Origin: Candidatus Poribacteria bacterium | GTDB lineage: Bacteria; Poribacteria; WGA-4E; WGA-3G | NCBI GenBank assembly: GCA_965205015.1 | Contig: OZ242029.1 | Span: forward strand, 3,136,001 to 3,200,000 | DNA length: 64,000 nucleotides | Direction: 5' to 3' | Position numbers and translations under genes: made by a program | Part shown: positions 57,543 to 64,000 of the stretch, piece by piece | Layout of the letters: every line of letters begins with the position of its first letter | Position numbering within the stretch: position 1 is the first letter of the stretch | Notes under the pieces: generated by a model | Databases searched by the model: none | Told to the model about the DNA's origin: nothing | Seen by the model: only the letters and a program-made list of their open reading frames with translations

Positions 57543-58808
57543 ATGAGAAACGATGATGTCGCATTGGTTCACCGCGCCCTTACAGGTGACGAGACAGCCT
57601 TCTCGATGTTGGTGGAGAAGTACCAAAAACAGGTTCACGCGATCGCGTGGCGAACAACTAAGGATTTCCACGTTGCTGAGGACATCGTCCAAGAAACCTT
57701 TCTGAAGGTCCATCAGAAACTTGCGACCCTAAAGGATCCACAGCGATTTTCTGGTTGGATTAACGCTATTGCTACGCGGTGTTGTCTTGCGTGGTTTCGT
57801 GAGAAACGCTTGAATTCCGAACTTGCTGAGAATATAAACATCGCCATGAGACACGATGATCCATATTCTGGGTATCTGGCACGGGAGCAAGCTAAAGACG
57901 CATCACAAGAATTGCACGAAATTATTAAAAAGTGGCTCGCGAAGCTGCGGGAAAGTGACCGCATTGTCGTTACCCTCCACTATTTCGATGGAATGTCGTG
58001 TGAAGAAATCGCCGCTTTCTTAGGCATCCCTACAAACACCATAAAAAGTCGGCTCAACCGCGCGCGGAATCGGTTAAAAAAGAATGAATCTCTGGTGCAA
58101 TCTACTCCTGACGCTTTTCAAACTTTTGCGAAACTCAGCGAGGTCGTTAAAATGGAACGGAATATAAAGGTAAGTTTTAATGCCGCCACCGAAAGTGGCA
58201 ATCAATCAGGACATGGAAGTGTCTCCTTAATAAGAAACGATGCACTTTTGCGCTTTAAAAGTCTTAATTGCGGTTGGGAAGGAGACAGTCGATTTGAGTG
58301 TGTGCTAACAGCTTTGCTCGGAACGGCTATTACGCCTTCCGTTCTCAGATTTCCCGTCGTTGTAGGCGATACTTGGACGCAGGAAGGATTTTGGAATTCG
58401 CAAGTAGAGACAATCTTGGATGGTTACGAACAGATCGAAGTTCCTGCTGGTATTTTTCCTGCGTGTCTCCAGCATAAAAGTGTCCTTACGGACATCACTT
58501 CGCACTCACAGAACAACCTGACTATCATTACTAACGACAAACGCTATGAACCAGGTGACAGACAGATGAGCCCGTTTGTTAACGGGGTACGCCATTTGTG
58601 GTTTGCTAAAGGGGTTGGGCTCGTGAAAACGCGTTATGAGCATGCCAACGGTATCACAACAGAGATAGAACTAATGGAATATAGAACACCCGGCAAGACA
58701 GAAGAATATCTTCCTCTACAGATTGGTTCTACGTACACATATAAATCGCGTAGCGCCTATCTTGGTGAAACGCTTACTGAAACGTGGCGCGTCACTGAAA
58801 ATTTTTGA
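57543..58808 (+). CDS. ECF sigma factor with a ~230 aa C-terminal beta-rich extension
   Basis: Sigma regions 2 and 4 (AEDIVQETF, TIKSRLNRAR). Extension with IEVPAGIF..C ... WFAKGVGLVK. Confidence 0.88.
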   Translation: MRNDDVALVHRALTGDETAFSMLVEKYQKQVHAIAWRTTKDFHVAEDIVQETFLKVHQKLATLKDPQRFSGWINAIATRCCLAWFREKRLNSELAENINIAMRHDDPYSGYLAREQAKDASQELHEIIKKWLAKLRESDRIVVTLHYFDGMSCEEIAAFLGIPTNTIKSRLNRARNRLKKNESLVQSTPDAFQTFAKLSEVVKMERNIKVSFNAATESGNQSGHGSVSLIRNDALLRFKSLNCGWEGDSRFECVLTALLGTAITPSVLRFPVVVGDTWTQEGFWNSQVETILDGYEQIEVPAGIFPACLQHKSVLTDITSHSQNNLTIITNDKRYEPGDRQMSPFVNGVRHLWFAKGVGLVKTRYEHANGITTEIELMEYRTPGKTEEYLPLQIGSTYTYKSRSAYLGETLTETWRVTENF

Positions 58809-58883
58809 CCCTGATCGGTATCTATTGAGAGTGAGCAGACGTAGACGTGAAAATTATCTATTGCTATTGTAACTGGAGATAAC

Positions 58884-60386
58884 GTGGTGCTTTGGACAAT
58901 TGTTAGAAGAGAAATCACAGCAAATATCTTGAGTCTCAGATTCTTCATGGGGTTACTCATCTATTTTTCTCTGATTGTGACAAATCTCTTTGTTTTGACC
59001 AGAGGTTACGAGGATAGACTGCAAAGCTACCAAACGGCTCTCCGAGAAAATGAAGATGAGATAAGACAGGTCAAAAAATACTCTGAATTCGGGCAAATCG
59101 GGCAAACCCGTAGACTCAAGTGTCATCGGAAACCGAAACTGTTGAGCATCTTCAACGAAGGCATGGATAAAAGGAAGGGCAACTCGGTAGCGGTCGCACA
59201 CGGATCTGTGCCTGCTGTTGCCGAACAACACGGCTCTGATAACCCCTATTTGAACATTTTTTCCTCTATTGACTTCACGGTCATTTGCCAAGTGGTGATG
59301 AGTCTACTCGCCCTGCTTTTCTCCTACGACACGATATCGCGAGAGAAGGAGGCGGGGACCTTGGGATTAACACTCTCTTGCGCGGTTTCGAGACCGATGC
59401 TGCTTTTGGGAAAATATATTGCTGGGATGGCATCTATCTCTCTTCCCCTTATTGCGAGTTTTGTGGCAGGCTTGTTGGTGATACAATCTTTTCCTTATGT
59501 TTCCTTCAGTAGTTCGGATTGGATACGGATCGCGCTCATCTTCCTCGTATCCATGCTTTATGTGTCTCTCTTTTTTCTCATTGGACTGTTCCTCTCCGCT
59601 CGGACACACCGATCCTCTATCACCTTAATGTTCTCAATGTGCGTCTGGGTGTTTTTCGTGCTGATCGTTCCAAATTTAACGGTTTTATTGGTGGAACATG
59701 TAAGTCCAATTCAATCGGAGCAATCACCGAAAGCACAGGCGGATGAACTGTGGACGGAATTTGAGACCAAAGTTGCAAAGTATTTGAAGGAACGCGGTGT
59801 TGAAAATCCTTGGGATCCTGCCAAACCCGGGGGGCTTGGCTTAAGCGCAGACAGAAGTTCTTATGGCAGCGGCGAAACCATAGGGATGAGCCGTTTTGCA
59901 AACGAGGACGGTATACCGTTTATCCAAGAATTTTATGGGTTCAAGGAAAATCTGCGGGCACAATACGCCGACAGGATATGGCAAGTCCGTAAGGAATATC
60001 TCGACGAGAATCCGAACCGACAGTCTCTATTGGCACTGAATATATCCCGTATATCTCCAGCACCCGTTTACTACAATGCCGCTGCGATTCTTGCGGAGAC
60101 AGACTTAGGAAGTTTCTATCAGTTTATGGAACAGACTCGACAATATCGCCGAGAGTGGGTTGAGTATCTGAGGGATGAAGAAATATTCTCCTCACGGAGA
60201 TGGTTTACAGAGGATGGGGCTCAAGGGGCTCTTGATCTCAGCGGCATGCCCAGATTTAAAGAACAGAGCGAAGGCATCGGGGGCAGCCTCCAACGCGCAG
60301 TCCCAGATATCATGATACTCGCGGTATTAAACATATTGTTCTTTATGGGAGCATTTGTCTCATTCCTGCGCTACGACGTGATATAG
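58884..60386 (+). CDS. ABC-2 type transporter permease
   Basis: WTIVRREI, YDTISREKEAGTL.L.L...VSR..LLLGK, C-terminal F.RYDV. Confidence 0.88.
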   Translation: MVLWTIVRREITANILSLRFFMGLLIYFSLIVTNLFVLTRGYEDRLQSYQTALRENEDEIRQVKKYSEFGQIGQTRRLKCHRKPKLLSIFNEGMDKRKGNSVAVAHGSVPAVAEQHGSDNPYLNIFSSIDFTVICQVVMSLLALLFSYDTISREKEAGTLGLTLSCAVSRPMLLLGKYIAGMASISLPLIASFVAGLLVIQSFPYVSFSSSDWIRIALIFLVSMLYVSLFFLIGLFLSARTHRSSITLMFSMCVWVFFVLIVPNLTVLLVEHVSPIQSEQSPKAQADELWTEFETKVAKYLKERGVENPWDPAKPGGLGLSADRSSYGSGETIGMSRFANEDGIPFIQEFYGFKENLRAQYADRIWQVRKEYLDENPNRQSLLALNISRISPAPVYYNAAAILAETDLGSFYQFMEQTRQYRREWVEYLRDEEIFSSRRWFTEDGAQGALDLSGMPRFKEQSEGIGGSLQRAVPDIMILAVLNILFFMGAFVSFLRYDVI

Positions 60387-60464
60387 GGGATGAATCTGGA
60401 TCGTTTGTGGTAGGAAACCCAGTTATTTCCCGCTGTTCAGTTGATATGACCAAAAGAGGGTAAC

Positions 60465-61922
60465 ATGATCTGGCACATAGCAAAACGCGAAATTCTTGAT
60501 AATCTGACCCGTTTTCGGTTCGTACTCACGGTGATTCTGGTAATGGTACTGATGCTGATGAATGCCGTGCTATTTGTGAGTCGTCAATATCCGCGAAGAA
60601 TCGCACAGTATTCCCAAGACGTCAACGCCGCGACAGAATCAATGAAGGAACGAAGTGCCAGTTTAGGTGAGTTAGCCGTATCGGGTCCCGGAGATCTCTA
60701 TAAGCAGCCAAGTCCATTGGGATTTATCGCCACGGGGGCGGACGCGAAACTACCGAAGCGGGTCACCGCGAATGCCTCTTCCGGCAGCAATTGGACGACG
60801 ACCAATTTTCACTACTCGCATTCAAACAATTGGTGGCTTGAATATTCACAAGATGTCTTTCGCAAAAATGATGCTTTGCCAAATTTCACGGAATTGGATT
60901 GGACGTTCATCATCGGGTTGGTTATGAGTTTCATGGCGATTCTATTCACTTACGATGCAGTCTCTGGAGAGCGTGAGACAGGGACGTTAAGCCTGCTCAT
61001 GTCTAATTCTGTATCACGTGCCACTGTGCTTCTGGGAAAATTCATGGGGGCGTTCCTCACACTCCTACTTCCTCTGTTTATCGGGATATTGCTGAACTTA
61101 ATGATCATCAGTGCATCGAAATTAGTGGTGCTGAGTGGAAACGAATGGGCAAGGGTTGGGATAATTTTCGTTACTTCCGCCATCTACATCTCAATATTTC
61201 TATGGCTCGGATTGTTTATTTCAAGCCAATTTTCCAATTCGTCGAGCAGCTTACTGGTCCTCCTTCTAATTTGGGTTGTATTTGTGGTGCTTATTCCGAA
61301 CACAATGGGGGTATTGGCAAGCGGTTTCCGGCAGGTTCCCTCAAGGAGTGAAGCTTTTCGGTTAAAGCAGGCAAAATTGGATGAAATCCATGAGCGATAC
61401 TGGGCAGATAGCAAGCTCTTCCAATTCGGCTCCCCTTCTGACACTCCTCCCAACATTGAAGCACTCAGAACGTGGGCTGGCTATCTCACTGAACGGGCGG
61501 ATGCGAGGAGTCGGTTTGACGATGAACATCTGGATAAGCAGTTCGCACAGGTTGGGTTTACGCAACAAATTACGCGATTATCACCGGCAGCCATCTACAA
61601 ATATACCTTAGAATCCCTGTCTGGGACAGGATTTGCCAGACATAAAAGGTTTATTCAACACGCGCGTCGCTACAGACAACAGTTCGTTGATTTCATCCAA
61701 TCAGAAGACAGAGCGGACAACAAAAGTTACCATGTTTATCTCGTAAAGGAGGGATTATCCCAGAAACCTGTTGCCTTTAGTAGCATTCCCAAGTTCTCCG
61801 AAAAACTGACTGTGGGTATCACTTTCAAAGGGGCGTTGTTGGACCTGATGTTGTTAGTTTTACTCGCGCTGCTCCTGTTTATGGCGGCTGTCTTGGGGTT
61901 TATGACCAGCGACGTTAAGTGA
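60465..61922 (+). CDS. ABC-2 type transporter permease (paralogue of the upstream gene)
   Basis: WHIAKREI, YDAVSGERETGTL.LLMSN.VSR..VLLGK. Confidence 0.88.
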   Translation: MIWHIAKREILDNLTRFRFVLTVILVMVLMLMNAVLFVSRQYPRRIAQYSQDVNAATESMKERSASLGELAVSGPGDLYKQPSPLGFIATGADAKLPKRVTANASSGSNWTTTNFHYSHSNNWWLEYSQDVFRKNDALPNFTELDWTFIIGLVMSFMAILFTYDAVSGERETGTLSLLMSNSVSRATVLLGKFMGAFLTLLLPLFIGILLNLMIISASKLVVLSGNEWARVGIIFVTSAIYISIFLWLGLFISSQFSNSSSSLLVLLLIWVVFVVLIPNTMGVLASGFRQVPSRSEAFRLKQAKLDEIHERYWADSKLFQFGSPSDTPPNIEALRTWAGYLTERADARSRFDDEHLDKQFAQVGFTQQITRLSPAAIYKYTLESLSGTGFARHKRFIQHARRYRQQFVDFIQSEDRADNKSYHVYLVKEGLSQKPVAFSSIPKFSEKLTVGITFKGALLDLMLLVLLALLLFMAAVLGFMTSDVK

Positions 61923-62010
61923 GGTGAGAAGAAGCCGTGATTCGGAGATCACGCCTACAGAAGAATCGCGACTGGGAGATCGCTCCTACACTTACTGCAG
62001 AAGATCCTTT

Positions 62011-62039
62011 TTGACTGTTTCCCACTAATGTAGTATAAT
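62011..62039 (+). promoter_or_regulatory. Orphan near-consensus sigma70 promoter pointing into the convergent PhyH gene
   Basis: TTGACT-17-TATAAT. No credible plus-strand CDS follows until 63140. Confidence 0.55.
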
Positions 62040-62089
62040 TTTAAGATAAAGAAAACGCTCGGTTGTGTACAATTTCCGTCTCTGTTGGA

Positions 62090-62938
62090 CTAATCAACAG
62101 CTGGACGTGGTGGGTTTCCCCAATGGCCACTTCTATCCTCTCCGCTCACGACGACACCTTCTCTATCCCAGCGGTAGAAGGCGTGGACATCGGCACTACA
62201 GTATCGCAGCGTGAGACCGCACCGCCGTTTCGGCGAGGGATTGGCGTTTGAGCCGTGTAGCAACAAGTCGGTGTGGATGGAAATTTCACCCGCTTTCAGT
62301 TCAACATCCACGGGTTTACCGTACTGCTCGGCATCTTCAACGATTTGACCCAATACACTGTTTTCGTCGGGTGTGCTGTATCGAGCCGTCAAGTGTCCCG
62401 AGTGATGTGAACCTGCGATGAATCGCATCGCGCCGTTCTCAGCGGTGGCATCGTCAATCGCGAGCCAGACGGTAGCAGTTTTTGAGGGGGTCAGGGGCCA
62501 GTATCCCGCATCTTGATGCCAGCCGACGATTTTTGAGTCGTGCGGCATTTTGCAGAAGTAGTGTGCACCCCAGCCGATAACATCCTCACCGATCAGGTCT
62601 TTCACACAGGCGACGATCCGTGGGTGTGTGAGAAGGTCATACACCTTCCCGTATTTCATGTGTGCGGAGATAATCGAATAACTGCTTCCGCCTTCTGCCA
62701 GGACGCTTGCCAATAGGGTATCGAAGTATTGACGGTGTTCACCGATTTCGGCATCATCGAAAATCGGGATACCTTTGATATAACCGGTGCTATTAAAATC
62801 AGCCAACTGCGCTTGGGTTAGTACCTTCGGATGTTCGGTGACGCTTGGGTAAAACTGGAGGTCGCGTCCCATTTCAGCGAGTTGCTCCCATGTCGGCATG
62901 ATTTTGTCGGTTTTGTAGGTTACGCCTTGGTTTGACAT
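62090..62938 (-). CDS. PhyH family dioxygenase
   Basis: FCKMP....VGWHQD.GYWP, VWLAIDDA..ENG.MRFI.GSH, LHGS.AN....RR. Start set to MSNQG (RBS GGAG). Confidence 0.92.
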   Translation of the reverse strand: MSNQGVTYKTDKIMPTWEQLAEMGRDLQFYPSVTEHPKVLTQAQLADFNSTGYIKGIPIFDDAEIGEHRQYFDTLLASVLAEGGSSYSIISAHMKYGKVYDLLTHPRIVACVKDLIGEDVIGWGAHYFCKMPHDSKIVGWHQDAGYWPLTPSKTATVWLAIDDATAENGAMRFIAGSHHSGHLTARYSTPDENSVLGQIVEDAEQYGKPVDVELKAGEISIHTDLLLHGSNANPSPKRRCGLTLRYCSADVHAFYRWDREGVVVSGEDRSGHWGNPPRPAVD

Positions 62939-63139
62939 TGTTACTCCACCTTCTGTAAATTCTGATTGCATTTTACCATAAACGTAAAGAAGATGGAATA
63001 ACATTCGACTTTTGTAGCGGAATCTGCATGAAGTTTAAAAAAATAATTCGGTAATTGAGGCGCAATGAATTGGGCGACTACGAACCGGTCTGGTTGTAGT
63101 TGTGCGATTCATCGGACGTCTCGAAATTGAGGTCAATGA

Positions 63140-64000
63140 ATGGCGCATGCATATACCCCCGGTCTTAAGGTTACCGAGGAAATGACAATTCAGAAAGAAC
63201 GGCGGCTTCCGCTCCGAGGCGAGGTGCTCGTCGAAACCGGGGCAACAGTCCAGGCAGAGGACGTTGTCGCGAAGGCGGATCTGCCGGGCAACGTCCAATT
63301 GCTGAACGTTGCCAACCTCCTCAGTGTCCCCGCGGAAGAAGTCACGGAATACATGCTCAAACCCATCGGCGAAATTATTACTAAAGATGAGATTATCGCT
63401 ACAACCAAAGGACTTTTTGGGCTTTTCAAATCGCAGGCACGTTCACCGATTGACGGCACCATCGAAGCCGTGTCCGATATCACAGGGCAGGTTATCCTCC
63501 GTGAACCTCCTGTTCCTGTGGAGGTCAAGGCTTATACAGATGGCACAGTAACGGAGATCGCCCCAGATGAAGGTGTCACAGTCGAGACGTACGGGACCTA
63601 CATCCAAGGCATCTTCGGGGTTAGCGGTGAAACAGTAGGGAATTTAGCTGTTGCTGTCTCTTCCCCAAGTGACGAACTTTCTGCGGAACAGATTCTGTCC
63701 GAACATCGGGACCGTATTTTGGTCGGCGGTTCGCTGGTCACAACCGATGCGATTCAGAAAGCGATCCAGCACGGCGTAAAAGGCATCATTGCCGGTGGAA
63801 TTGACGACGCGGATCTGCGGGAGCTTCTCGGCTATGAGCTCGGCGTTGCGATTACAGGGTCGGAGGAGATCGGAATTACACTCGTTATTACGGAAGGGTT
63901 CGGAAGCATCGCGATGGCGGAACAGACATTTGCACTCTTGAAAGCGCGGGAAGGCATGAAAACCTCTATCAACGGGGCAACGCAAATTCGTGCCGGGGTC
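63140..64000 (+). CDS. Conserved-looking hypothetical protein with biotinyl/lipoyl-like hybrid motifs, 3'-truncated (absent from the ORF track because it has no stop)
   Basis: Open frame MAHAYTPGLKV...RRLPLRGEVLV..G..V...DVVA...SPIDGTIEAVS.ITGQV...YIQGIFG..GE...TEGFG...SINGATQIRAGV to the window end. Confidence 0.8.
   Translation, partial: MAHAYTPGLKVTEEMTIQKERRLPLRGEVLVETGATVQAEDVVAKADLPGNVQLLNVANLLSVPAEEVTEYMLKPIGEIITKDEIIATTKGLFGLFKSQARSPIDGTIEAVSDITGQVILREPPVPVEVKAYTDGTVTEIAPDEGVTVETYGTYIQGIFGVSGETVGNLAVAVSSPSDELSAEQILSEHRDRILVGGSLVTTDAIQKAIQHGVKGIIAGGIDDADLRELLGYELGVAITGSEEIGITLVITEGFGSIAMAEQTFALLKAREGMKTSINGATQIRAGV

Noticed and set aside
1-64000. tRNA/rRNA genes, prophage, autonomous RAYT or IS
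   Set aside because: None recognised by eye. tRNAscan-SE and Infernal would be needed to exclude small RNAs.

Overview
A 64 kb bacterial chromosome segment whose gene content strongly suggests Candidatus Poribacteria (inference, no search run). The evidence is four PhyH-type dioxygenases, LamG/lamin-tail proteins ending in a K-x-x-x-TW-x-x-LK tail, cohesin/dockerin, HEAT/TPR proteins and ECF sigma fusions. It mixes housekeeping genes (rpmB, rel/spoT, recJ, mtnA, ferredoxin, acetolactate synthase family), ABC transporters and secreted proteins with a ~11 kb defence island at 18.4-29.3 kb. The island holds DUF1828, Uma2, a putative HEPN protein, a type III res gene, a DUF6602-like nuclease, a leaderless toxin-antitoxin pair translationally coupled to the type III mod gene, an HNH-like protein and an IS5 remnant. 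The intergenic DNA is full of REP/MITE-like palindromic elements, some nested inside each other and some in tandem arrays. No rRNA, tRNA or CRISPR array was recognised. The best candidates for new biology are: (1) the split type III R-M locus with a TA-coupled methylase bracketed by inverted REP doublets, (2) a cold-shock-domain / tandem Hfq-like fusion protein, (3) a ~515 nt hairpin-rich leader in front of a His-rich secreted protein, inside a segment flanked by 49 bp direct repeats, and (4) the nested REP/MITE elements.
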